From Candidatus Latescibacterota bacterium (GTDB lineage: Bacteria; Latescibacterota; UBA2968; UBA8231): a stretch of 64,000 nt of DNA. Positions within the stretch are counted from its first letter, which is position 1, and every line of letters starts with the position of its first letter. Location of the stretch: NCBI GenBank assembly GCA_965217095.1, contig OZ244235.1, positions 4,488,175 through 4,552,174 on the forward strand. Direction: 5' to 3'. Positions 20,004-29,168 of this stretch are shown piece after piece. Below the pieces are notes generated by a model. The model saw only the letters and a list, made by a program, of their open reading frames with translations. It had not been told where the DNA came from and made no database searches. The translations under genes were made by a program, and so were the position numbers.

Positions 20004-20390
20004 CTCTCCCCGCCTCACCACGGCCGATGCCGGCCGGCCCCTTCCCGCGAATGTGATTGACGAGTCGTCTTCCGATATTTACTTACGGAACAACCGGTTA
20101 AGGGCTTTCCCTCAACTCTCTGTAAGCCTGGAGAAGCAAGAAGCTAATCCCTAGAAAAATTTGTTGTAGTAGGTTTTTATCTCTATGTTTAAGGCATCTG
20201 GCACTCAGGCAGAACCCGTATGTCGGGTAGCCTGCCTAATACAACAACCTATCAACCTGGATTAGAGGTCGCTCCTCAAATCCAGGTAAATAAGCAGGAA
20301 ATTCTCGCCTACTGCGTGAGCTACAGAACAACTACCCGGCACCCACATACCGGGTGCCGAATGCAGTTCACTCAGCATAGGAGGGATGCG

Positions 20391-20864
20391 ATGTTTAGGT
20401 TATTGAAGTTCAAATTAGTAGCAATATTACTGGTCTTAGCCATTTTAACACCTACTGCCTCAGCACTCGCACAAGTAGGAATCCAATTGGCTCAAGTCAA
20501 TCCGACTTCGAGTGAGAAATTAGCTCAGACCAGTATTCCGACCTTCAACGAAGAATTTGAAGGATTTGCTGACGGAAAAAGACAAGCAGAGATGACAAGG
20601 GCCAGCAAGTTAAGAACAGGATTTCTTGCCGGAGGGCTCTTTGGACTTGTTGGAACTGGCATAGGATACTGTATGGTCGGTCCGAATGACATAGAAGTAA
20701 ACATTCTGACACAGATTTCCGCCAAGAGTGTAGAATACCAATCAGGATTTAGAAAGGGTTGGGACAAAGAGACCGAGAAGGAGAAACGATCTTCATTCTT
20801 AAAGGGCGGACTATTAGGGAGTGTTGCCGGTGCCATCCTGGTTTTAGCCTTTCAGAGTGAATAA
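20391..20864 (+). CDS. Small secreted/membrane glycine-zipper protein (157 aa) in an AT-rich islet.
   Basis: SD AGGAGGG. Signal peptide MFRLLKFKLVAILLVLAILTPTASALA. Hydrophobic Gly-rich segments GFLAGGLFGLVGTGIGY and LKGGLLGSVAGAILVLAF. Local GC ~40%. Confidence 0.45.
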   Translation: MFRLLKFKLVAILLVLAILTPTASALAQVGIQLAQVNPTSSEKLAQTSIPTFNEEFEGFADGKRQAEMTRASKLRTGFLAGGLFGLVGTGIGYCMVGPNDIEVNILTQISAKSVEYQSGFRKGWDKETEKEKRSSFLKGGLLGSVAGAILVLAFQSE

Positions 20865-21365
20865 ATCATCAGCTTAAATAGTGGTGCGAGGGACTTTGAG
20901 ATCCCCCGCACCAGAGGTCCAATTCACCCCCAAACCAAGGGAAATAGCAAATTGGAACCTCATATTCCAGACATATGACTACCTCGATTAGCCGATGCAA
21001 TAGTCAAAGACTTTTGTAGGGAGGAGTGGTAGAAAGCTAGTACATTCCAAGTCCAACGAAAGAGGCAGCGAAGAACCACTGCCCTGCCGCTCTCCCACTT
21101 CCCCGACAGAGAGACGGTTACAAATAGAACCTTGGAATCCTAGTAGGGACATCAATGTCCGCCACTCCTCCCATATTTACCAACCCTCGCTTTAAGGAAC
21201 GCTTGAAGCAGCAAGTACTTGGATTTCAGTCTTGGTCGGTCAGAGTTCAAACAAAACAATCCAAGCGAGTTGTCCGAAGAATAAAATAGAGACAGTATAT
21301 CCACCCTCCCATAAAAGCGCGTTACCGGCGCAGAGGGGGTTAAAGGATATACCGTCTCTTCTATA

Positions 21366-21899
21366 TCAAGCCGCAACTTTGAAGCATCCTTCAAGGAAAG
21401 TTTCAAAAGCATTTGGATTGCGGCGACTATTGTATTTATAGCAGCATTCGGCAATATACAAAGGTGCGTATTTCTTGCAATAGCGGTGATGTGTCCCATA
21501 CCAGGCACGCTTAAACGAAGCCCAAAAGCCCTCCATAGTATTGGTGTGGATTCCCCTTTTGAAGACGCCTTGACTTCGGGTAAATACCGAGTGTCGCATA
21601 AACGGACGGACGGACCAGTATGATTTGAAGCTATCAGTTATCAAATGCGACCCCTCAGGGTTCACAGCCTCTTTGATAAACTTGACGATACCCTCTCCAG
21701 ACAAGTCCTCCGCAACACGGGCAACAACCTTTCCTCCACGTTGAACAACGCCTAAAACGGCCAATTTCGAGGTCCCTCTTCCACGTGGAGAATTTGACCT
21801 GTTCATATGAGGGTAGCGATTTAGAGGTTTCCCGCCAATGTAAGACTCGTCTGCTTCAACAATCCCGTGCAGCATGACGAAGCCTTGTTTAGAGGCCAT
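21366..21899 (-). pseudogene. IS1595-family transposase, C-terminal ~177 aa fragment. The N-terminal zinc ribbon/HTH is missing.
   Basis: GIVEADESYIGG…HLITDSFKSYW…HTNTMEGFWASFKRAWYGTHHRY…YIAECCYKYNSR aligns with the intact IS1595 transposase at 25245..26126. Confidence 0.55.
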
Positions 21900-21964
21900 T
21901 CCGGCAGTTTCTTACCACCCGTTTCGGCATCAGCCCCAAAAGTGGAAACTTTGGACCGAAATGG

Positions 21965-23107
21965 GTGGTAACTTTGCTCCGAAATACGCACGATCGATAC
22001 GATGCAGAAAAGAACTACATGGAGCACAGTCTGGGTGCCATCACGGAACTCACCGAGCAGGTCGGGAATCAACGTGAAACCTTCGAAGCCTTCACCGTCG
22101 AATTGTGGCAGCGGCTCTCGGACTTTGCTGAGATGTTGTCGAAATCAGCTACGGAACAGGTGATCAACGCGCTGAAAGAGGTTATTGCCGACTTCAACAA
22201 AAATCTCACCGAGCAGTTCGGTGAAAACTTCAAGGCGCTTGATGCCGCGGTGCAGCGCCTTGTCCAGTGGCAGGAAAACTACCGTGTGCAGCTTGAGCAA
22301 ATGGGCGAACAATACCGCCAGGGAGTCATAGCTATCACGCAGACTGAGGCCTCAGTCGCGCATATCAGCGAGGAGTCGAGACAGATACCACCGGCGATGG
22401 AGTCCCTCAGAGCAGTGTTGGAGGTCAACCAGCACCAGATTGACGAACTGGGCCAACACCTGCAAGCGTTCAAAGAAGTCAGGGACAAGGCTGTAGAGGC
22501 AGTACCTGAACTACAACGGCAGGTAGACGCGACGGTTACCAGTATCACCAATGCAACACAGCAGCTGGCCGCTGGCATGAGCGAGAGCACCGATCAGGCG
22601 AGAATCGCGATTGTCGCCGGCGCCGAGGCGTTAAATGCCAACGCTACTGCCATAAACAACAACGCCCGTGAGATGGTTCAAGTGCTAGTCGATGGCTCGA
22701 GGTCAATGACGGAGGAATCTGCCGGCATGAAGAACAATCTCCAAGAGACCGGTCGCCAAGTTCAGGCAGACGCGCAGGCGATTCAAGAAAGGGTCGCGGA
22801 CAGCATCGGGCAGATGCAAAGACGCCTTGAAAGTGCGTTGCAGGAAGTCTTCCAGGCACAGACCCGTGAAATGGACAGGATGTTTGCCGGGATCGACCAA
22901 GCTGTTACCAGGGTGGCTGAACGAACTGGAGAAAATGTCAACACTCAGCTTGGGCTTATTGACAGTACCATGACCCAGGAAGTCGAAAGAGTCATGACAG
23001 AGATGGGCCGAGCGCTCGCCGCGATCACGGAGAGATTCACCAACGACTATGCGAGACTTGTTAAGGAGATGCAGGCTGTCGTCAGGCAGGGGAATGACAG
23101 CGCATGA
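21965..23107 (+). pseudogene. Long coiled-coil protein, probably the C-terminal tail of a ZorA/MotA-like protein whose N-terminal TM domain was lost at the IS1595 fragment.
   Basis: 380 aa of heptad-rich sequence (…ALKEVIADFNKNLTEQFGENFKALDAAVQRLVQWQENYRVQLEQM…). No TM segments. Its stop overlaps the start of a MotB/ZorB-like ORF (ATGA). Confidence 0.35.
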
Positions 23108-23235
23108 GTGAAGTAAACACGGCTAATCCGACGTTTGAGCTCAACGGCGGCGAGGAGGAGGGCCACTGGATCTCAGTGTCCGATCTGATGGCCGGACTGA
23201 TGATGGTGTTTCTTTTTATCGGGTGTAGGTTCTGA
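23104..23235 (+). pseudogene. MotB/ZorB-like N-terminus (43 aa), truncated by the ISKra4-like insertion.
   Basis: GHWISVSDLMAGLMMVFLFI resembles the MotB/ZorB plug-TM segment (W..tyaDlmT.L..fF). The ORF stops just before the IS. Confidence 0.35.
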
Positions 23236-23254
23236 TTTACGTATTTGTGCATAA

Positions 23255-24795
23255 AAAGCGGGACCCCAATTCCAGGCACGGATGTACTTTGGGTGTAACG
23301 ACATACGCCCAAACCCGGAAGGAGGTCCCAGATGGAAAATACGCAGGATCTGAGCGCGTGTGTGACGAAATTGCAGGAGAATGTCCTCCAGTGGGAAAAC
23401 CGGCTGCAATCCGAACAAGGAGGACCGGCAGCGTTTCGCCTGGCGATGAACGAGCTGCGAGCTGCTTTGGATGAGATCGGTCGGACCGGTTTCCTGCGAT
23501 TGGCGCACGCCTGTGAGGTCGCCTCCGACACGTTGGGTAACGACGGTCGGCTGTACCGCTTCAAGCAAATGGTCGACAAGGAGTGGATGAGTCTGTGGGG
23601 CAAGGTCGTAGTGCCACGTCGGCTGTATCAGGAAGACCATGGCGGACCGAGCCGGGTGCCGCTGGATGAGCGTTGCGGCATGGTGAATCGATTCATGGTG
23701 CCGGAGTTGGAGCGTGTGACGGCGTTTTTGGGCGCCCGGTTGGTCCCGGCCGAAGTCGAGGACAGCTTGGGTGAAGTGCTGCCGGAGCCGCCATCGCGTA
23801 CGGCTATCCAGCACGTATTGACCACCGTCGGACAGTGTGCCGAGGACGGGGCCGAACAGCTCGAGCTGGCCTTGCAAGGCGCGGCGCCGCTGGACGCCGA
23901 GGGCGACACGCTCGTTGTGAGCTGGGACGGCGTCACCGTCCCCCTGCGAGAGCCAGCGCCCAAGCGCGGACGTCCGGCCGAGCGACCGATGGCCACGGCC
24001 ACCGACACCGCGCCCACCGCCTGGAAGGAGGCGGGTGTGGGCATGGTCGCCACCTACCTGACGCCGCTGGATCCAGAGGTCGAAGAGCCGGAACGAGTCG
24101 ATGTGCGCTATGCCGCGCGTATGCCGGAAGCGAAGATGACGACCCTGGTCAACGGCCTGGTGGAGCAGACGGCCCGGGCGTTGCAGCAGGGTGGCTACGA
24201 CCATCGTGTCGTTTTGGCCGACGGCAAACGAGAGATCTGGCGCATCGTCGACGAGCATGGTGTGTTCGAGGGTTTCACCCGCATTCTGGACTTCTATCAC
24301 GCGGCGCAGCATCTGTCGATGGCGGCGGAGCACCTTTTCGGCAAAAAGTCGGCGAAGGCGGATCGCTGGTATCGATCCTGGCGGCACAAACTGCGCCATA
24401 CACCCAACGCCGTGGCGGGCTTGATCCGCTCCCTTTCCTACCACCGTCGCAAACTCCGAAGACGATCGGACCGTTATCGCCAGGCGACCACCGAAATGGG
24501 CTACTTTCGCAACAACCGGGACAAAATGGAATACGCTGGCTATCACGCCTCGGGCTTGATCATCTCCAGTGGCCCTGTGGAGGCCGCCGCCAAGACCATC
24601 GTCGGCCACCGACTCAAACGCAGCGGCATGCGATGGACCCGCCACGGAGGTCAGCAAATCCTCAACCTACGAGTCCAGGTGCAATCGAAACGATGGGATG
24701 CTTTCTGGAACTGGTATCTCCAGCAGACCACGCCCATAACAACCCTGAAAAGGGCAGCGTAAAAACGAGGCTACACCCTTTGATTGAAAGGGAAT
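23255..24795 (+). mobile_element. ISKra4-family insertion sequence. Boundaries approximate; short GGGTGTA(A/G)C inverted repeats.
   Basis: Contains transposase ORF 23332..24762. Weak inverted repeats at ~23268 and ~24775. Confidence 0.45.
23332..24762 (+). CDS. ISKra4-family transposase (476 aa).
   Basis: C-terminal signature YFRNNRDKMEYAGYHASGLIISSGPVEAAAKTIVGHRLKRSGMRWTRHGGQQILNLRVQVQSKRWDAFW. Confidence 0.6.
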   Translation: MENTQDLSACVTKLQENVLQWENRLQSEQGGPAAFRLAMNELRAALDEIGRTGFLRLAHACEVASDTLGNDGRLYRFKQMVDKEWMSLWGKVVVPRRLYQEDHGGPSRVPLDERCGMVNRFMVPELERVTAFLGARLVPAEVEDSLGEVLPEPPSRTAIQHVLTTVGQCAEDGAEQLELALQGAAPLDAEGDTLVVSWDGVTVPLREPAPKRGRPAERPMATATDTAPTAWKEAGVGMVATYLTPLDPEVEEPERVDVRYAARMPEAKMTTLVNGLVEQTARALQQGGYDHRVVLADGKREIWRIVDEHGVFEGFTRILDFYHAAQHLSMAAEHLFGKKSAKADRWYRSWRHKLRHTPNAVAGLIRSLSYHRRKLRRRSDRYRQATTEMGYFRNNRDKMEYAGYHASGLIISSGPVEAAAKTIVGHRLKRSGMRWTRHGGQQILNLRVQVQSKRWDAFWNWYLQQTTPITTLKRAA

Positions 24796-25244
24796 ACAGA
24801 TGAAAAACGGATATCTACCCACCTCGAATGCCGACGGCTTGCCTATCGTTCCGATGACGGCGGCGCAAAAGTACCCCTCAGATACGATCCGGAGTATTTG
24901 ACCGTCTAAACCGCACGCCGAGGTTCATCAGTGCCACGGGTCCTCGGAAGCGAGCCTTCCCGAAGTGGTTCGGTAGATGAGCAAGAAACTGAAAGCGCCC
25001 TACTACTCCTACTGGTTCGCGTGAGGCGCGGGCGGAGCCAGGTAGTCTGACCAGAGTCACTTTCCTTCCTGCAAGTTTTGAAATGGATCAATATAGAAAA
25101 GCCGCGTACCAGGTCCTTGAAGCCGCTGATCTCCCTCGCGTCGATCGCGTAATCAGGCAACGCAATTAACGCTTTAAGGCTTGACAATCACCCCCTTATT
25201 GGTTATCTTAAGGATGAGAAAAACAACCAAATAAGGGGCGGAGC

Positions 25245-26126
25245 ATGAACTTGATAACCGTAACAGAAAGATTTCCGACGCAGGAATCCTGCATCGCCCA
25301 TTTGGAGCTGGTTCGCTTCGGCGATGAGCCCTTTTGCCCCTTGTGCGGCACGGTCGGGGAGTGCGCCCGCAAGCGTGAAGGGTCGAAGATCGGGCGCTGG
25401 AACTGTCACGCCTGTAAATCCAGCTTCAACGTCTTATCCAAGACGATGTTTCAGGGAACACATCTTCCCTTGCAGAAGTGGTTCTGCGCCATCGCCCTGA
25501 TCGTGAACGCCAAGAAAAGCCTGTCCAGTTGCCAGCTTGCACGTGACTTGAACCTGAATCAGGGGTCCGCCTGGTACATGCAGCAACGCATCCGGGCCGA
25601 GATGGCTACCAAGCAGGGAAGGATCAGGTTAAGTGGAATCATCGAAGCCGACGAGACCTATGTCGGCGGACGCCCCAGGAAGCGCAATAAGCACGATGAC
25701 GACAAGCCCAACCCCAGAGGACGAGGAACACGCAAGACCGCTGTTATCGGCGCTGTGGAGCGTTCTGGGAAGGTTGTGGCCGAAGTCGCCGACGATCTCT
25801 CGGGCAAGGGCGTGCTCGCCTTTATCAAGCGCGCCATCGATCCTGACACCTCGACGCTGGTCACGGACGAATACGGGGCCTATAACGTGGTGCGGCGGAT
25901 CATGGATCACTGCGTGATTCAGCATTCCGAGCGCTATGTCGATGGCAGTATTCATACCAATACGATAGAAGGCGTCTGGTCCCTGCTCAAGCGCGCCTGG
26001 TATGGATCACATCATCACTACACGAGACAATACACGCCGCTTTACGTGGCCGAAGCGTGCTACAAGTACAATCACCGCGGCACCGACAATGGCTTCGAGG
26101 CGTTCCTGCACGGATGCTTCAAGTAG
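25245..26126 (+). CDS. IS1595-family transposase (293 aa), intact.
   Basis: Zinc ribbon CPLCG…CHACK. IEADETYVGG. LVTDEYGAYNVV. HTNTIEGVWSLLKRAWYGSHHHY. Confidence 0.75.
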   Translation: MNLITVTERFPTQESCIAHLELVRFGDEPFCPLCGTVGECARKREGSKIGRWNCHACKSSFNVLSKTMFQGTHLPLQKWFCAIALIVNAKKSLSSCQLARDLNLNQGSAWYMQQRIRAEMATKQGRIRLSGIIEADETYVGGRPRKRNKHDDDKPNPRGRGTRKTAVIGAVERSGKVVAEVADDLSGKGVLAFIKRAIDPDTSTLVTDEYGAYNVVRRIMDHCVIQHSERYVDGSIHTNTIEGVWSLLKRAWYGSHHHYTRQYTPLYVAEACYKYNHRGTDNGFEAFLHGCFK

Positions 26127-26137
26127 GAGCGCTTGTT

Positions 26138-26581
26138 CTACAGGAGGTCGTACTCCTCATCGGCGGTCACTACGACAAAATCCAAAATGTCTTTTGTTGG
26201 ACAGTAGTTCATGTCCCATCGCCTCAAAACATCACGCCCCAAAAGAGATGGGACCTCTATGAGATCGTCATTACAGTTTGCAGATATCCATAGTTCAATT
26301 TCGTACTTGTAAACCTTCGCCTTTTCAGAAAAATAGACGTGTGCCGGTTCAAGAAATGAACTGGATTTACCGCCTAAGCCTAGAGCGGACGCCTTTTTTT
26401 GGAATCCCGCAGACTGTAAGTTTATGCCTATCCTCTTACGATCTGCTGGCATTAACATGGTAGTGTCTGCGCCAGTATCTACCAAGAAAGAAATGTCGCT
26501 TACGATCCCAAGTCTTGGAATATGCAGCCGCGCCTCTACATAGGGAGCATTTGTGGTATCGCCGTAACGACCTTGTAGCAT
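26138..26581 (-). CDS. Retropepsin-like (clan AA) aspartic protease (147 aa), a passenger of the IS1595 unit.
   Basis: FLVDTGADTTMLMPADRKRIGI (DTGA catalytic motif). Confidence 0.6.
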   Translation of the reverse strand: MLQGRYGDTTNAPYVEARLHIPRLGIVSDISFLVDTGADTTMLMPADRKRIGINLQSAGFQKKASALGLGGKSSSFLEPAHVYFSEKAKVYKYEIELWISANCNDDLIEVPSLLGRDVLRRWDMNYCPTKDILDFVVVTADEEYDLL

Positions 26582-26859
26582 TACAAAATCATAGTCTTGG
26601 GTTCGGGGTCAACGTATCGAATGATAGATTGTTCGCGTGAAAACCCGTCGCAATCTAGCTTTTCGAGTACAGCCTGAAATGTTGGTTCGTGAGCCCTGAC
26701 ATGGCCTGTGCATATGGCAACCCACTCCTTGGGATACTGTTCGACCAAACGTGGATCACTAGAAGACAGACACTTTACGGACTCGCGAAAGGAGTCTAAT
26801 TCATTGGCAATTTCCCTAGGGTCGATTTGCCCCATATCTAAATCTTTAGTCATTATCAC
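26581..26859 (-). CDS. Small hypothetical protein (92 aa) translationally coupled to the aspartic protease gene. Possibly a DUF5678-like partner.
   Basis: Stop/start overlap at 26581. KEWVAICTGHVRAHEPTF motif. Confidence 0.45.
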   Translation of the reverse strand: MIMTKDLDMGQIDPREIANELDSFRESVKCLSSSDPRLVEQYPKEWVAICTGHVRAHEPTFQAVLEKLDCDGFSREQSIIRYVDPEPKTMIL

Positions 26860-27023
26860 CCCTCTTCTTATTGAGGATCTCCTGGAAAGTTTCGTATGAC
26901 ACCCCTTCCAGTTCTATCGGAATAATATAAAACATTCTGACCCTTCATCACGGATAGCGCGCAGGATGGACATTTGGGGGTCTTGCAGCGCGTGTTTTCT
27001 GCCTCAGCCTCGGGTGCCTATTT

Positions 27024-27398
27024 ATGTGTTATACTATAGGACAGGATAGGACAGGTCAAAAAGTTGCGGTCATGCGCCAGAATCAACGATGCCCATCAGA
27101 TAGTGTGATAGACCCCAACGTCGAGGCAATTGTGCGGGGATTGCAAAAAAACAACATCCACACTTTCGAGTCTTGCCAGGGCGGAGAAGGGCATTCCTTT
27201 CATGAGCCTACGGTGAGGTTTAGCGGAGGGCCAGCCGAGGGATATAGGGCCGTAGCATTGGCGATGACATATGGGTGGCCCATAACTGGCCTGAGGCGTT
27301 ATTGGACAGTACTTCGAGGAACTAATGAATTGGACGGGCCGAGATGGGAAATGACTTTCAATTCCGTTTTGCTCCCGGCCCTCCCAATTCCCGACTAG
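27024..27398 (+). CDS. Hypothetical protein (124 aa). Start uncertain.
   Basis: Coherent ORF inside the IS1595-bounded unit. Confidence 0.35.
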   Translation: MCYTIGQDRTGQKVAVMRQNQRCPSDSVIDPNVEAIVRGLQKNNIHTFESCQGGEGHSFHEPTVRFSGGPAEGYRAVALAMTYGWPITGLRRYWTVLRGTNELDGPRWEMTFNSVLLPALPIPD

Positions 27399-27404
27399 CA
27401 GGTG

Positions 27405-27565
27405 TCGTTGTCGATTAGGCGTTGGCATTCATCGCAAAGGCGTTTATTGCCGTCTCCCTCGCGGCGATTTTCCCGTTCGATATTATTCCCAGTATTGCAG
27501 TTCGTGCAAACGTGGTAAACATCTGCCAGCACTGAATGCCATGCTGAAGTTCTTGTCAAAATCAT
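27405..27565 (-). CDS. Small Cys-rich (4-Cys zinc-ribbon-like) protein, ~53 aa. Not in the ORF track (<60 aa).
   Basis: Reverse-complement translation MILTRTSAWHSVLADVYHVCTNCNTGNNIERENRREGDGNKRLCDECQRLIDNDTC. Confidence 0.25.
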
Positions 27566-27689
27566 CACCCCCTTTCTGGTACGGACCTTTTATTTGGATG
27601 TAGTATTGCTCCAGGTGCAGGTTGTATACCGCCTCTTGAATGTGGATGCAGCCGATCCCGGAATCGCACCCGGCCAGAAGTCAAGCGCA

Positions 27690-28298
27690 CTAATTCTTCG
27701 GACGGACATACGACCCACGACAGGTTTCGGCCCGGGGATCATATGTGACTGCATATTCCATAGGCTGCCACGCTCCGAAGCCGTTTTGAAATTTAACCTT
27801 ATTGCCATGATATCGTATTTTGCCGGTTTTTTTGTCCGCCCATCCGAATTGACCGAATTTGGTTTCATACCAAGAATCTGTCCATTTATGGTCGTATTGG
27901 GCATATGATTCTACGATATCACTACACCGAACGGACGCAGCAATCGAGTGTTTGTCGCCCCAGCATCGAAGGTCCTGGCGACACTTTTCCTCCCCAACTT
28001 TTTTGGTCGATGGGCCTGCCCGCAGGGATGGGCCGTCCTGCGGCCGGGTCGATGGGCCGGACGGCGGGCTGTTCGCCCGCGGATTGCCGTCGGTGGGACG
28101 TGGCGGCGGGAATCTGCTCATACCGTTGGGCAGCGGATCTTCTTCGTCGTTTCCTGCTATCATCCCAATGATGCACATTCCCATCACAAGACAAAGTCCT
28201 ACTCCTGCGATATTTAGGCAGCCTCCCACGTTGTTGTGCCCTCCTCGACTGGCATTCTCTGCCGCCGAAAGTGGCGGTCGGGTGGTGTCCCCAGACAC
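27690..28298 (-). CDS. Membrane-anchored protein with a Pro-rich linker and a C-terminal globular domain. Passenger gene.
   Basis: TM segment VGGCLNIAGVGLCLVMGMCIIGMIAG. Linker PPPRPTDGNPRANSPPSGPS. C-terminal domain WTDSWYETKFGQFGWADKKTGKIRYHGNKVKF. Confidence 0.45.
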   Translation of the reverse strand: MSGDTTRPPLSAAENASRGGHNNVGGCLNIAGVGLCLVMGMCIIGMIAGNDEEDPLPNGMSRFPPPRPTDGNPRANSPPSGPSTRPQDGPSLRAGPSTKKVGEEKCRQDLRCWGDKHSIAASVRCSDIVESYAQYDHKWTDSWYETKFGQFGWADKKTGKIRYHGNKVKFQNGFGAWQPMEYAVTYDPRAETCRGSYVRPKN

Positions 28299-29168
28299 GA
28301 CAGGGTAAAGATGGTTTGTTATGTGGGAAAGTCAAGCCTTAAAGCGTTAATTGCGAAAGTTTTTGGACAGCAAGCCCCTGAAGTCAGGGGCGAACAATCA
28401 CTATCGGCCGGCACGATGGTTCACAGAACATATCGACGACGTATGGCCAAAATTTGATATAGATACCAAGGAGCGCTTTGAAAAAGTATTTGTGAAGGTT
28501 AACTCGCTACTTTAGTACGGAATGAACCGGCAAGCGAGCTACCATTAATAGGTGTGGAAAAAGAGAAAGGGCGACCCTAACCTTCCTTTATAGAAGTCCA
28601 TCAACAACCGCCCGGTTGGCGCCGGGCATGGAAGGAGAGAGTCGCCATGAGAGAATCTACACTGGAATCCGCAGACTTGTCTATGCCGACGTGGGATACG
28701 CTGGAAGGCTGGGCTCGCTCGTCGATCCAATCGCTGTTGCAGCAGGTGCTGGAGGAGGAAGTGACGCAGCTACTGGGCCGTACGCGCTACGAGCGCCGGA
28801 CTTCAGTGGACGACAACTCGGGCTCGCGCAACGGACATGGCAAGCCTCGACGGCTGGCGTTGATGTCGGGCACCATCGAGGTGAAACGGCCTCGGGTTCG
28901 TGGACTGGAGGAGCGCTTTGAGAGCCGAATCCTGCCGCTGTTTATGCGCCGTACGAAGTCGGTGACCCAGTTGCTGCCCGAGCTCTACCTGCACGGACTG
29001 TCTCAGGGGGACTTCGAGCTGGCGCTGCGCGGCCTGCTGGGAGCGGGAGCGCCGCTGTCGCCGTCCTCTATCGCGCGTTTGCGGAATAAGTGGATCGTCG
29101 AATACCACGCCTGGCGCACGCGACGGCTGGATGACCGCGAGTTGGTGTACGCCTGGGCGGACGGGATC

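Larger units (their letters stand above)
25166..28347 (+). mobile_element. IS1595-family element (~3.2 kb) bounded by 25-bp perfect inverted repeats CGCAATTAACGCTTTAAGGCTTGAC, with five passenger ORFs.
   Basis: Left inverted repeat at 25166-25190. Right inverted repeat (reverse complement) at 28323-28347. Intact transposase at 25245..26126. Confidence 0.55.

Noticed and set aside
23173-24657. 494-aa ORF on the minus strand, the longest ORF in the accessory region
   Set aside because: Entirely antisense to the ISKra4 transposase gene. Ala/Arg/Gly-rich composition typical of spurious reverse-strand ORFs in high-GC DNA. No motifs.
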